A stretch of DNA of 64,000 bases from Spirochaetia bacterium (GTDB lineage Bacteria; Spirochaetota; Spirochaetia; SZUA-6; Bin103), in assembly GCA_965243555.1 (NCBI GenBank), contig OZ251575.1, positions 3,269,007 to 3,333,006 on the forward strand, given 5' to 3'. Below the pieces are notes generated by a model. That model saw only the letters and a list, made by a program, of their open reading frames with translations. It was not told where the DNA came from and made no database searches. A program made the translations under genes and the position numbers. Position 1 is the stretch's first letter. The number at the start of each line of letters is the position of its first letter. This document shows, one piece after another, positions 54,441 through 64,000 of this stretch.

Positions 54441-56075
54441 ACCGCACGCACGACGCCGACGCGATCGTAGTCGGCTCCGGTGCGGCCGGCGGCTGGGCGG
54501 CCAAGGAACTGACCGAGGCGGGGTTGCGCGTGCTACTGCTGGAAGCGGGACCGGAGCGGAATCCGGCCGGCGCCGTCCGCGCCTGGGCGACGCGGCTGTG
54601 GCGTCACGCGCGCGGCGCCCAAACGGTGCAGCAGTTGAAACCGGAGTACTGGATCAAGGATCCCGACCTTTTCGTGAACGACGCGGAGCAGCCATACTCC
54701 ACGCCGCCGGACCAGCCGTTCACCTGGATCCGCGGCCGCCAGCTTGGCGGGCGCACGCTGCTCTGGGGCGGGGTGACGCTACGCCTGTCTGACTATGAGC
54801 TGGCGGCAGCCGAGCGCGACGGCTGCGGACCGTCGTGGCCGATTCGTTACCGCGATCTGGCTCCCTGGTACGACCGGGTCGAGCGCTTCTTGTACGTCCA
54901 CGGCACGCGGGAGGGCCTGCCACAGCTTCCGGACGGCGACTTTGTGGGGGCGCGCCCGCTGACGCGGGCAGAGCGCGCGCTACGCGACGGAGTGACGGCG
55001 GTCTGGCCGGACCGGCGTTTGATCCCGTCGCGTGGGTTGGCGCTGGGACGTCACGACGGCCGCGAGACCGGGATGACGAGCGTGGCCACCAGCATCGCGG
55101 CGGCGCGGGCTACGGGCCGCCTGCGCGTCCGCACCGGCGCGGTGGTCAGTCACTTGATTCCCGGCCGGGGGGCGGGGGGGGGGGGGGGGGGGGGTAGCGG
55201 ATGGAGTCTGTTTCGTGGATGCCGCCACCGGCCAGGCGCACGCGGTGCGGGCGCGTCTGATCGTGCTGTGCGCCTCCACGATCGAGACAATCCGCATTCT
55301 GCTCAACACGCGGATGGAGCATCCCGAGTTGCCGGCGAGCGAGTCGGACTGCCTGGGCCGCTACCTGATGGACCACGTGATGTTGGGAACCTCGGTGGAG
55401 ATTAACGGGGTGCCCTACGAGGCGCCGGCGGCGTTCACGGGCGCGGACTCGTTCCTGGTGCCGCGGTTTCAGAATCTTGCTGCGGCCCGGTGCGAGCCGT
55501 ATTTACGCGGCTTCGGCCTCTGGGGCGCGATCCAGCGTCGCGGATTGGCCGGAAGCCGCGGGCGACCGGCGCTCGGCCTGCTCATTGCTCAGGGAGAGAT
55601 GCTGCCGCGGTACGAAAACCGGGTGGAGCTCGACGGGACCTCTGGCGCGGACGGGCTGCCCGGGGTACGCATCAGTTGCGCGTGGGGCGATAACGAGCGG
55701 ATGATGCATGAGGCGATGGGCTCGGCGGTCCAGGAAATCGTGCGCGCCGGCGGTGCGCGAACGATCCGGCGGTTCGGGGCTCTCGCTCGCCTGCCCAGTC
55801 TGCTGAGTTTTCCGGCGCGGTTGGAGGCATTCTGGTTGGCTCCGCCGCCGGGGGCGTACGTACACGAGGTGGGCGGCGCGCGCATGGGCAGCGATCCGGG
55901 GACGTCGGTGGTCGATGCGCGCAACCGCTGCTGGAGGATGCCTAACGTCCTGATTACCGACGGCGCATGCTGGCCGACTTCCGGGTGGCAAAACCCGGCG
56001 CTGACGATCATGGCGCTCTCCGCCCGCGCCTGCTCGCTGGCGGTGGACGACATGCGCCGCGGTGACCTCCGCTAA
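54437..56075 (+). pseudogene. GMC-family FAD oxidoreductase, split into two frames by the poly-G tract (frameshifted or phase-variable)
   Basis: The N-terminal part (54437-) has 'DAIVVGSGAAGGWAAKELTEAGLRVLLLEAG'. The C-terminal part (frame of 55215-56075) has 'YVHEVGGARMG....VVD......NVLITDGACWPTSGWQNPALTIMALSARA'. The downstream frame already reads 'VADGVCFVDAATGQAHAVRARLIVLCAS' directly after the G tract. Confidence 0.85.
55174..55194 (+). repeat. Homopolymeric G tract, 21 nt (preceded by GGGGGGC)
   Basis: Counted directly as 7+10+4 G. The upstream and downstream GMC frames differ by +1, so 20 or 23 G would restore a single ORF. Confidence 0.98.
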
Positions 56076-56116
56076 ATGGACTGCGATGAGTAGAGACCTG
56101 CTGCCGCCATTCATAC

Positions 56117-56863
56117 GTGAGCATTACGAGATCCACGAGCGGAAGCATGCATGTGCAATTCTATCGTATTCGGCATCGGGAAGTCGTTGTACGTGGAGTA
56201 CGAATAGCGAGCGTGTCGAATGACTTGTTGACTGCGGTCGGCGACAGGAGATTCGGTACCGTTCTGGCTGATCCGCCGTGGCAATTCCAGAATCGAACGG
56301 GGAAAGTGGCGCCCGAACACCGGCGGTTGTCACGCTACCCTACCATGTCGTTCGAGAGTATAGGGAAGCTGCCCATAGCGGACATCGTAGCGGATTGCGC
56401 CCACTTGTATCTCTGGATTCCGAACGCCCTGCTGCCGTACGGATTGGACACCATGAAACGGTGGGGGTTCACCTACAAGACCAACCTGATCTGGTACAAG
56501 GTGCGCAAGGACGGCGGCCCGGATCGGCGCGGGGTGGGATTCTACTTCCGCAACGTAACGGAGATAATCCTGTTCGGCATCCGCGGCAGCGACTGCCGGA
56601 CGTTGGCGCCGGGAAGAAGCCAGGAAAACATGATCATCTCTCAAAAACGGGAACACAGCAAGAAGCCGGATGAGCAGTTTGATCTCATCGAGTCCTGTAG
56701 TCCCGGGCCGTTCATCGAGCTGTTTGCGCGGGGCACCAGACCCGGCTGGTTTGCATGGGGCGACCAAGCGCTCGACTACGCACCCGACTGGCAAACCTAC
56801 GCCAATCACTCGCAGTCCTCACGCCACCAGCCCGAACTGTTCACAAGTACGCCCGGAACCTGA
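56117..56863 (+). CDS. MT-A70-family (beta-class) N6-adenine methyltransferase
   Basis: 'FGTVLADPPWQFQNR' (DPPW catalytic motif) and 'HLYLWIPNALLPYGLDTMKRWGFTYKTNLIWYK'. Spot GC ~52%. The start may be ATG 56147. Confidence 0.85.
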   Translation: MSITRSTSGSMHVQFYRIRHREVVVRGVRIASVSNDLLTAVGDRRFGTVLADPPWQFQNRTGKVAPEHRRLSRYPTMSFESIGKLPIADIVADCAHLYLWIPNALLPYGLDTMKRWGFTYKTNLIWYKVRKDGGPDRRGVGFYFRNVTEIILFGIRGSDCRTLAPGRSQENMIISQKREHSKKPDEQFDLIESCSPGPFIELFARGTRPGWFAWGDQALDYAPDWQTYANHSQSSRHQPELFTSTPGT

Positions 56864-56913
56864 CGGGGCCGGCCCCCTCGCGGGGAGTAGACCGGTAAAG
56901 AGGCGAACTGATC

Positions 56914-57615
56914 TCAGAAGGGAAGCTCGTCTCCATGAGTTCGGGCGAGGACGTCGTCAAGCGTTCTCGACAGGTTGTCGTCGTTCAGAATCGCAGCTCC
57001 ATACTGCATGAGATCGCGTATCCATTGAGCGCACGTCGGCGAGACTGCGGATTCGAGGAAGAACAGCGGGCGGCCCAGTCGGATCGCTTCCCGTCCCTGA
57101 TGCCGGGTTCCGCTGTTCTCATCCGCTTCCACAACCACGGTGGCGGCGGAAAGCAAGGCCATCGTTCGGTTGCGAAGTGCAAAGTTCATCTTCCGAATCG
57201 GCGTTCCCGGCGGGAACTGGGTCACCGCTACGTGATTACGGATGATATGCCGTTGCAACGCCGAGTTTTCGGGCGGAGTAACACGGTCCAACGGCGTCGC
57301 GAGCACCGCGACCGTGCGCCCGCCACGCTCAATGGCGGTCCTGTGGGCTACGGTGTCGATTCCGAGCGCCAAGCCGCTCACTACGACCACGTCTCGTTGG
57401 ACCAACTCCCGTGCGAGCCGGCGCGCGCGGCGGATCCCCTCCGGCGACGCCGCGCGCGACCCCACCACGGAAATCAGAGTGCCGGCCGCAAAGATCGATG
57501 CATCACCGCCAACCCACACGCGCTTCGGGGCGGACTTGCGCTCCACTTTGTTGAGCGGCCCGAGAAGCTCCTCGATTGCAACCTCCGCTCCCTCCTTGAC
57601 TTCGCCGCCGTCCAC
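56914..57615 (-). CDS. DprA/Smf-like Rossmann (SLOG-superfamily) domain protein, short form (233 aa)
   Basis: 'VVVSGLALGIDTVAHRTAIERGGRTVAVLATPLDRVTPPEN..L...I......VTQFPPGT......FALRNRTMALLSAATVVVEA...SGTRHQG' matches the DprA core. It lacks the SAM and C-terminal winged-helix extensions of canonical ~360-400-aa DprA. Confidence 0.75.
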   Translation of the reverse strand: MDGGEVKEGAEVAIEELLGPLNKVERKSAPKRVWVGGDASIFAAGTLISVVGSRAASPEGIRRARRLARELVQRDVVVVSGLALGIDTVAHRTAIERGGRTVAVLATPLDRVTPPENSALQRHIIRNHVAVTQFPPGTPIRKMNFALRNRTMALLSAATVVVEADENSGTRHQGREAIRLGRPLFFLESAVSPTCAQWIRDLMQYGAAILNDDNLSRTLDDVLARTHGDELPF

Positions 57616-57702
57616 GGAATCCCAGTAACCTTACCGCAGACCGCGGTGGTGTCCAAACGATGCCGCGATGATGAGGCCATGGCGGGACGCGCTGACTGCC
57701 GG

Positions 57703-58407
57703 TCAGGGGCGGGGACGGCTGGCGGCTCTGAGGAGGCGGCCGACGGCGCCGGCGAGCAGGGCGCCGGTGACCGGCCCCACGAAGTAGATCCACAGGTGGC
57801 GGAGCGGGTCGCCGGCGAACAGCGCCGGGGCCAGCGAGCGCGCCGGATTCATCGAGGCGCCGCTGGTGGGGCCGGCGAACCAGATCGCGAGCGCCACCAC
57901 CGCGCCGACCGCCAGGCCGGAGGAGGGTTGCCGGTTGACGGCGGCCGCCGCCGGCGCCGCGTTGAGGTACCCGGACACGCCGAGAATGACGAACATCAGG
58001 AAAAAGGTGAGGATGATCTCCATCACCACGGAAGCGGCCGCGGGCAGCGCCGGCACGTGCGCCCCCATTGAGCCGCGGTCATCCGGCAGCAGCAGCCACA
58101 GCGCCAGGCTGGCCAACAGCGCTCCCGTGATCTGGCTCAGCAGGTAGGGCGCCACCAGGCGCGCCGGCAGGCGCCCGACGCTCCAGAAGCCGATGGTCAC
58201 CGCCGGGTTGAAGTGGGCCGCCGAAATATCGCCCACCGCGTAGATCATGGCCGCCACCACCAAGCCGGGCGCGGCGGCAATGCCGACGTGGGTAACCACC
58301 CCGCCGGACAGATCGTTGACCATGATCGAGCCGGTGGCGGCGAACACCAGCGCAAAGGTGCCCACCGCTTCCACAATGAGCGCGTCGAGCCGCTTGTCGT
58401 TCGGCAC
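57703..58407 (-). CDS. MIP-family channel (aquaporin/glycerol facilitator-like)
   Basis: Two NPA boxes ('HFNPAVT', 'SMNPARS') and six hydrophobic segments; 234 aa. Confidence 0.9.
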   Translation of the reverse strand: MPNDKRLDALIVEAVGTFALVFAATGSIMVNDLSGGVVTHVGIAAAPGLVVAAMIYAVGDISAAHFNPAVTIGFWSVGRLPARLVAPYLLSQITGALLASLALWLLLPDDRGSMGAHVPALPAAASVVMEIILTFFLMFVILGVSGYLNAAPAAAAVNRQPSSGLAVGAVVALAIWFAGPTSGASMNPARSLAPALFAGDPLRHLWIYFVGPVTGALLAGAVGRLLRAASRPRP

Positions 58408-58607
58408 GCGAGTTCCCGGAGCCCCAGTCTGACGGAGCCGCCTTTAGCGGCGTGTTAGACGCCGGTTAGTGTTGTATGAGCCCGCCGGGCGCCGGAGCCG
58501 CCGCCGGGTCAGCGACTGCGGCAGCCACTACCTGACAGACGCGCGGATCGGTGGTATCTTCCTGTCGGCCAAGCCTGCGGCGCTTCGTGGCTGCGGGCGG
58601 AGGATAG

Positions 58608-59990
58608 ATGGCTATCGACGTCAAACTCCCGGAACTTGGTGAGAACATAGAGGCTGGCGACGTGGCCGCCGTGCTGGTGAGCCCCGGCGACCAGGTAGCG
58701 AAGGACGCGCCGCTGCTGGAGTTGGAGACCGACAAGGCGGTGGTGGAGGTGCCGGCCCCGGAAGCGGGGGTGGTGGCCGCGGTCCACGTCAAGGCCGGCG
58801 ACACCATCAACGTAGGCGACACCATCGCCAGTCTGGACCCTGCCGGTACGGACGGTGCCGGTACGGACGGCGCTGGCGCGGAGAACGGCGCAGGCGTGGA
58901 GGCTGCCGGAGACATCGGCGCCTCCGCGGCGGCGCCCGCTGCCACGCCGGCGCCCGCACCGCCGGCGGAACCCGAACCGGAGCCCCCTGCGCCGGTGCCG
59001 GCCGCCGTCACGCCCAGCCCCGCGGCCGATGCCGGCGCCGCCCCGCAACCGATGCCGGCGCCGCCGCCGGCTGCCGGGGAGCCTGCCGGCGGGCGCCCCA
59101 TTCCCGCCACCCCGGCGGTGCGCCGCCTGGCGCGCGAGATCGGCGTCGCGATCGACGCCGTTACCGGTACCGGCCCCGGCGGCCGCATCCTGCCGGACGA
59201 CGTCAAGGCCACTGCCAAGCGGTTGCTGCAGGCGCCCGCCGCCGGCCCCGCGCCGGCCGCGCCGCCGCTGCCCGACTTCGCGCAATGGGGGCCGGTCGAG
59301 CGCGCCGCGCTGAACGCCGTGCGCCGCACCTCCGCCGCGCACCTCACCGGCGTATGGCAGACCGTGCCGGCGGTGACCCAGCAGGACAAGGCGGACGTTA
59401 CCGAGCTGGAGCGGCTGCGCAAGCACTACGGCCCGCGCGTCGAGGCCGCCGGGGGCAAGCTCACGGTCACCGCGATTCTGGTCAAGGTGGTCGCCGCCGC
59501 GCTCAAGGTGTTCCCGCAGTTCAACGCCAGCATCGACCTGCCGCGCTCCGAGGTGGTGTACAAGCGCTACTACCACGTCGGCATCGCCGTCGACACCGAA
59601 CACGGCCTGCTGGTGCCGGTGATCCGCGACGCCGACCAACTGAACGTCATCGCCATCGCCCGCGCGCTGGGCGACCTCTCCGCCCGCGCCCGGGCGCGCA
59701 AGCTCAGCCTGGCGGAGATGCAGGGCGGCACCTTTACCATCTCCAATCTGGGCGGCATCGGCGGTTCCCACTTCACGCCGATCATCAACGCGCCGGAGGC
59801 CGCGATTCTGGGCGTCTCGCGCGCCGCCTGGGAGCCGGTGTGGCAGGATGGCGCCTTCGTACCGCGCCTGCGCCTGCCGCTGTCGCTCACCTACGATCAC
59901 CGGCTGATCGACGGCGCCGACGGCATCCGCTTCCTGCGCTGGGTGGCGGAGGCGCTGGAGCAGCCGCTGCTGCTGGCGTTGGAGGGCTAA
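58608..59990 (+). CDS. 2-oxoacid dehydrogenase E2 component (dihydrolipoamide acyltransferase)
   Basis: Lipoyl domain 'LELETDKAVVEVPAP', Ala/Pro linker, subunit-binding domain 'ATPAVRRLAREIGV...GTGPGGRI', and catalytic 'LSLTYDHRLIDGADG'. Confidence 0.9.
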   Translation: MAIDVKLPELGENIEAGDVAAVLVSPGDQVAKDAPLLELETDKAVVEVPAPEAGVVAAVHVKAGDTINVGDTIASLDPAGTDGAGTDGAGAENGAGVEAAGDIGASAAAPAATPAPAPPAEPEPEPPAPVPAAVTPSPAADAGAAPQPMPAPPPAAGEPAGGRPIPATPAVRRLAREIGVAIDAVTGTGPGGRILPDDVKATAKRLLQAPAAGPAPAAPPLPDFAQWGPVERAALNAVRRTSAAHLTGVWQTVPAVTQQDKADVTELERLRKHYGPRVEAAGGKLTVTAILVKVVAAALKVFPQFNASIDLPRSEVVYKRYYHVGIAVDTEHGLLVPVIRDADQLNVIAIARALGDLSARARARKLSLAEMQGGTFTISNLGGIGGSHFTPIINAPEAAILGVSRAAWEPVWQDGAFVPRLRLPLSLTYDHRLIDGADGIRFLRWVAEALEQPLLLALEG

Positions 59991-59996
59991 AGGCCG

Positions 59997-61406
59997 ATGG
60001 CGGAGCGCTCTCACTTGGCCGTGGTCGGGGCCGGCCCCGGCGGCTACGCGGCGGCGTTCATGGCCGCCGACCAGGGGTTGCAGGTCACCCTGATCGATGC
60101 CGAGCCCAACCCCGGCGGGGTCTGTCTGTACCGCGGCTGCATTCCCTCCAAGGCGTTGCTGCACGTGGCCAAGCTGCTGCACGAGGCCCGGGCGGCTAGC
60201 GAGTGGGGCGTAACGTTCGGCGAACCCGACGTCGACCTGCCGCGGCTGCGGGCCTGGAAAGACGGCGTGGTGAGCAAGATGACCGGCGGGCTGGGCACCC
60301 TGAGCGCGCAACGCAAGGTGAGTTACCTGCAGGGCCGCGCGTGCTTCAGCGCACCCGGCACGCTGCTGGTAACCGGCAGCGCCGGGCGCCGGAGCGTGAC
60401 TTTTGATCACGCCGTTATCGCCACCGGCTCGCGGCCGGCGCGCGTCCCGTCGCTGTGGCTGGACAGCGAGCGGATGATGGACTCCACCGCCGCGCTGGAG
60501 CTGCCGGACGTGCCGGGGTCGTTGCTGGTGATCGGCGGCGGCTACATCGGCCTGGAGTTGGGCACCGTCTACGCGGCGCTCGGCTCCCGGGTCACGGTGG
60601 TGGAGATGCTCCCCGGGCTGCTGCCGGGCGCCGACCGCGACTTGGCCGGCGTGCTGGCGCGAGACCTCGCCGGCCGCTTCGCCAAGGTGCACGTCAACAC
60701 CCGGGTGGAGTCGCTGCAGGAAACCGCCGCCGGCGTCACCGCCTCCCTGGCGACCCCGGACGGCGCCGTCACCGAGACCTTCGACAAGGTGCTGATGAGC
60801 GTGGGGCGCACCCCCAACACCGAGGACCTCGGCCTGGAGCAGATCGGCATCGCCCCCGACGAGCGCGGCTTCATAACGGTCGACGAGAAGCGCGAGACCG
60901 CCTGCGCGGGGGTGTTCGCGATTGGCGACGTGGCCGGCGAGCCGGGCCTGGCGCACAAGGCTACCCACGAGGGGCGCACCGCGGCGGAAGCCGCGGCCGG
61001 GCTGAAGGTGGCGTTCGAGCCGCAGGCGATCCCGGCGGTGGTGTTCACCGACCCGGAGGTGGCGTGGTGCGGCCTCACTGAGAACGCCGCCCGCGAGCAG
61101 GGCCGCGAGGTGAGCGTGCTGCGCTTCCCGTGGGCCGCCTCCGGCCGCGCCGCCACCATGGGCCGCCCCGCCGGCCTCACCAAGCTGCTGGTCGATCCCG
61201 GTACCGAGCGGGTGCTGGGGATGGGCGTGGTGGGCGCCGGCGCCGGCGAGTTGATCGCCGAGGGGGTGCTGGCGGTGGAGATGGCCGCGCTCGCCACCGA
61301 CCTGCGGCTGTCGATTCATCCCCACCCCACGCTCAGCGAGACGGTGATGGAGGCCGCGGACGTGTTCTTCGGCCAGAGCACCCATATCTACCGCCCGCGG
61401 CCGTAG
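59997..61406 (+). CDS. lpdA: Dihydrolipoyl dehydrogenase (E3)
   Basis: '[13 protein letters not shown]', redox disulfide '[13 protein letters not shown]' and C-terminal 'HPHPTLSE'. Confidence 0.95.
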   Translation: MAERSHLAVVGAGPGGYAAAFMAADQGLQVTLIDAEPNPGGVCLYRGCIPSKALLHVAKLLHEARAASEWGVTFGEPDVDLPRLRAWKDGVVSKMTGGLGTLSAQRKVSYLQGRACFSAPGTLLVTGSAGRRSVTFDHAVIATGSRPARVPSLWLDSERMMDSTAALELPDVPGSLLVIGGGYIGLELGTVYAALGSRVTVVEMLPGLLPGADRDLAGVLARDLAGRFAKVHVNTRVESLQETAAGVTASLATPDGAVTETFDKVLMSVGRTPNTEDLGLEQIGIAPDERGFITVDEKRETACAGVFAIGDVAGEPGLAHKATHEGRTAAEAAAGLKVAFEPQAIPAVVFTDPEVAWCGLTENAAREQGREVSVLRFPWAASGRAATMGRPAGLTKLLVDPGTERVLGMGVVGAGAGELIAEGVLAVEMAALATDLRLSIHPHPTLSETVMEAADVFFGQSTHIYRPRP

Positions 61407-61412
61407 CGGCAA

Positions 61413-62597
61413 GTGACCAGCGCGGCGCAGGAGGCTCCGCCCGCGGCGCGCGCCGGCGCGGCCTCGGCCCCAACCGCGGATACGGCTGCCGTCTCGCCGT
61501 CCGCGCTCACCCCCGGCGCGGCCCCACCCGGCGCCCCCGGCGCACTGAAAACGCCGCGGCGCGCCGCCACCGGCCTGAGTGCGGCGGAGTGGGCGGCCTA
61601 CTTGGCAGCGGCCGGGGTGCCTGCCTACCGCGCCGGCCAGATCCGACGCCACCTGTTCCGCCGCCACACCGCCTCGTTCGCGGCCATGTCCGAGCTGCCG
61701 GCCGCGTTGCGCGAGCGCTTGGCCCGCGACCTCACCCCCTACGGCCTGAGCGAACGCAGCCGTAGCGTCTCCCGCGACCGGCTCACCGGCAAGCTGTTGC
61801 TGCAGGCCGCCGACGGCCAACTGATGGAAACGGTCTCGATCGCCGAGGGCGCGCGCCACACGGCATGCGTGAGCAGCCAGGTGGGCTGCGCCATGGGCTG
61901 CATCTTCTGTGCCTCCGGTCTGCAGGGACTGGCTCGCAACCTCACCGCCGGCGAGCTGCTGGACCAGGCGGCCATCGTGCAGCGCGAGTTCGGTCCGCTC
62001 ACCAACCTGGTGTTCATGGGCATGGGGGAGCCGCTGGCCAACCTGCCGGCCTTGCGCCGCGCCCTGCCGCTGCTGTGCTCGGACGCCGGGTTCGGCTTCG
62101 GCGCGCGGCGCGTCACGGTCAGCACCGTGGGCCTGGTATCCGGGATCGAACGGCTGGCGGGCCTCGGTCTGCCGGTGGGCTTGGCGGTCAGCCTGCACGC
62201 CGCGGACGACCGGCTGCGGCGCCGCCTGGTGCCCACCGCCGGGCGCTGGCCAGTAGCCGCGATCGCCGCCGCGGCCGCGGCCTACGCGCGCAGCAGCGGG
62301 CGCAGCGTGACCTTCGAGTACGTGTTGCTGGACGGCGTCAACGACTCCGACGCGGACGCGCGGCGGTTGGCGTGCCTGCTGCGGGAACGGTGCCGCGCGC
62401 CGGCGAAGGTAAACGTCATTCCCTACAACCCGGTGCCGGGGTTGGACGAGCTGCGGCGGCCGCCGTCACGCCGCGTCCACGGCTTCGTGCGGACCCTGCG
62501 CCGCGCCGCCATTCCGGTCACCGTGCGCAAGGAGAAGGGGCAGGAGGTGGCCGCCGCCTGCGGTCAACTGCGCCGCCACGCCCACGCCTGCCGCTGA
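61413..62597 (+). CDS. rlmN: 23S rRNA/tRNA (adenine-C2)-methyltransferase, radical SAM
   Basis: 'CVSSQVGCAMGCIFCASG' (CxxxCxxC), 'FMGMGEPLAN' and 'NVIPYNPV'. Has an Ala-rich N-terminal extension. Confidence 0.9.
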   Translation: MTSAAQEAPPAARAGAASAPTADTAAVSPSALTPGAAPPGAPGALKTPRRAATGLSAAEWAAYLAAAGVPAYRAGQIRRHLFRRHTASFAAMSELPAALRERLARDLTPYGLSERSRSVSRDRLTGKLLLQAADGQLMETVSIAEGARHTACVSSQVGCAMGCIFCASGLQGLARNLTAGELLDQAAIVQREFGPLTNLVFMGMGEPLANLPALRRALPLLCSDAGFGFGARRVTVSTVGLVSGIERLAGLGLPVGLAVSLHAADDRLRRRLVPTAGRWPVAAIAAAAAAYARSSGRSVTFEYVLLDGVNDSDADARRLACLLRERCRAPAKVNVIPYNPVPGLDELRRPPSRRVHGFVRTLRRAAIPVTVRKEKGQEVAAACGQLRRHAHACR

Positions 62598-62641
62598 CTG
62601 ACGCTCAGCCGCGGCGCCGCGCCGGCCGAGGGGTCCGGCGC

Positions 62642-63682
62642 TTACGAAGCGTAGCGCGCGGCCATCTGCGTCAGCGTCACCACCGGTACGCGGGTCGCGT
62701 TGCCGGCCTGGCCGAAGGAGGTCATACGCGCCGCGCACACCTCCTGCATCGCGGCGCGGGCGGCCTTGAGGTAGTCGCGCGGATCGAACCCGGCGGCGTC
62801 CTCCTGCAGCACCTTGCGCACCGCGCCGGTCATCGCCAGCCGATTGTCGGTGTCCACGTTGATCTTGCGCACGCCGTGGCGGATGCCGCGCCGGATCTCC
62901 GCCACCGGCACCCCCCAGGTCTGGCGGATGGCGCCGCCGTAGGCGTTGAACAGATCCTGCAGCTCCTGCGGTACCGACGACGAGCCGTGCATCACCAGAT
63001 GGGTGTTGGGCAGCCGCCGGTGGATCTCCTCGATGCGGGCCATGGCCAGCACCTCGCCGTCGGGCTGGTGCGAGAACTTGTAGGCGCCGTGGCTGGTGCC
63101 GATCGCCACCGCCAGGGCGTCCACGCCGGTGTCGGCCACGAACCGCTCCGCTTCGCCGGGGTCGGTCAGCAGTTGCTCGCGGGTGAGGCTGCCTTCGGCG
63201 CCGTGGCCGTCCTCCTGCTCGCCGGTTCCGGTCTCCAGCGAACCGAGCACGCCAATTTCCCCTTCCACCGTGACGCCGCGGGCATGCGCCAGCGCCACCA
63301 CCTCGCGCGTGACGCGCACGTTGTAGGCGTAGTCGGTGGTGGTCTTGGCGTCCTCGGCCAGGGAGCCGTCCATCATCACCGAGGTAAAGCCCTGGTCGAT
63401 GGCGCTGCGGCAGGTGGCCGGGCTGTTGCCGTGGTCCTGGTGCATGGCGATCGGAATCTGCGGATGCAGCTCCACCGCCGCCAGAATCATGTGCCGCAGG
63501 TACGCTTCCTGGGCATAGCTGCGCGCGCCGCGCGAGGCCTGAATGATGACCGGCGATTCGGTGGCCGCGGCCGCGGCCATGATCGCCTGAACCTGTTCCA
63601 TGTTGTTGACGTTGAACGCCGCCAGTCCGTAGTCGTTTTCGGCGGCGTGATCGAGCAGGACGCGCATTGGTACCAGAGGCAT
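62642..63682 (-). CDS. fba: Class II fructose-1,6-bisphosphate aldolase
   Basis: '[22 protein letters not shown]', 'HQDHG', 'GTSHGAYKF' and '[10 protein letters not shown]'. Start set at ATG 63682 (MPLVPM...), dropping 56 Arg/Gly/Ala-rich codons of the tracked ORF. Confidence 0.9.
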   Translation of the reverse strand: MPLVPMRVLLDHAAENDYGLAAFNVNNMEQVQAIMAAAAATESPVIIQASRGARSYAQEAYLRHMILAAVELHPQIPIAMHQDHGNSPATCRSAIDQGFTSVMMDGSLAEDAKTTTDYAYNVRVTREVVALAHARGVTVEGEIGVLGSLETGTGEQEDGHGAEGSLTREQLLTDPGEAERFVADTGVDALAVAIGTSHGAYKFSHQPDGEVLAMARIEEIHRRLPNTHLVMHGSSSVPQELQDLFNAYGGAIRQTWGVPVAEIRRGIRHGVRKINVDTDNRLAMTGAVRKVLQEDAAGFDPRDYLKAARAAMQEVCAARMTSFGQAGNATRVPVVTLTQMAARYAS

Positions 63683-63848
63683 GGCACCCCGATTATAGCC
63701 GGTAGCGGCACTCCGGCAACAGCCCCACGCCCACGACCGCCACGCACGCCCGCGCCGCCCCGCCCCCGCCGCCCCGCGGCCCCGCCCGGCCGGCGGCGCG
63801 GGGTTTGACGCCGGGGCGCGGTTTGCCGTAGGGTCCGGGGCGGCGCCC

Positions 63849-64000
63849 ATGGAAGACTACTTCGCCGGCATCGAACCGATCCGCTACGCGGGGCCCGACT
63901 CCCGCGACCCCTTGAGCTACCGCTACTACCAGCCCGAACGGGTGGTCGCGGGCAAGACCATGGCCGAGCACTTCCGCTTCTCGGTGGCCTACTGGCACAC
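63849..64000 (+). CDS. xylA: Xylose isomerase, 5' end (runs off the window)
   Basis: Manual translation '[50 protein letters not shown]' parallels E. coli XylA 'YF..L..VRYEG..S.NPLAFR.Y.P......GK.MEEHLRFA.CYWH'. Confidence 0.8.
   Translation, partial: MEDYFAGIEPIRYAGPDSRDPLSYRYYQPERVVAGKTMAEHFRFSVAYWH

Noticed and set aside
58509-62198. 1229-aa minus-strand ORF covering the E2, E3 and rlmN loci
   Set aside because: It is antisense to three genes with clear family signatures. Its translation is Arg/Gly/Ala/Pro-rich low complexity with no motifs, as expected for a stop-poor shadow frame in high-GC DNA.
63683-63850. N-terminal 56 codons of the tracked 402-aa aldolase ORF
   Set aside because: This part is Arg/Gly/Ala-rich with no similarity to class II aldolases. 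The canonical N-terminus ('[13 protein letters not shown]...') begins at ATG 63682.

Overview
High-GC bacterial chromosomal segment. Spot counts on single 60-nt lines give about 62-78% GC in core genes. The window is gene-dense and about one third of it (4954-25851) is a single 6965-aa ORF. That ORF has a Sec-type signal peptide, putative-Ig (He_PIG-like) and Calx-beta-like repeats, about 9.7 kb of near-identical tandem coding repeats, and a C-terminal autotransporter-type beta-barrel. A near-consensus sigma54 -24/-12 motif and a 23-nt poly-G tract sit at its 5' end. The rest is mostly housekeeping: folC, tag, trpS, htpG, an OmpR/PhoR-type two-component pair, gltA, dcd, tRNA-Ala, uvrC, holA, lexA, an unlisted ptsH, hprK, hpf, rpoN, 2-oxoacid dehydrogenase E2/E3, rlmN, fba and the xylA 5' end. 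Four visibly lower-GC islets (about 43-60% on spot counts) carry conflict-system-like genes. (1) An orphan PglX-like 1210-aa methyltransferase followed by higB and a HigA-ImmA/IrrE fusion. (2) A SAMHD1-like HD dNTPase translationally coupled to a DUF4065/Panacea-like small protein; I rate this the best candidate for an undescribed system. (3) An orphan gamma-class N6-adenine methyltransferase abutting rpoN beside a truncated SDR gene, plus a very low-GC cassette of three overlapping unknown ORFs divergent from a DUF4143 AAA ATPase. (4) A convergent MT-A70 methylase and Rossmann-only DprA-like pair. Other oddities are a second poly-G tract (21 nt) that frameshifts a GMC oxidoreductase, a 111-bp in-frame tandem duplication in an alkyltransferase-like gene, and 24-bp tandem repeats spanning that gene's stop codon. 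All family assignments are motif-level recognition from the translated ORFs. No database search was run.
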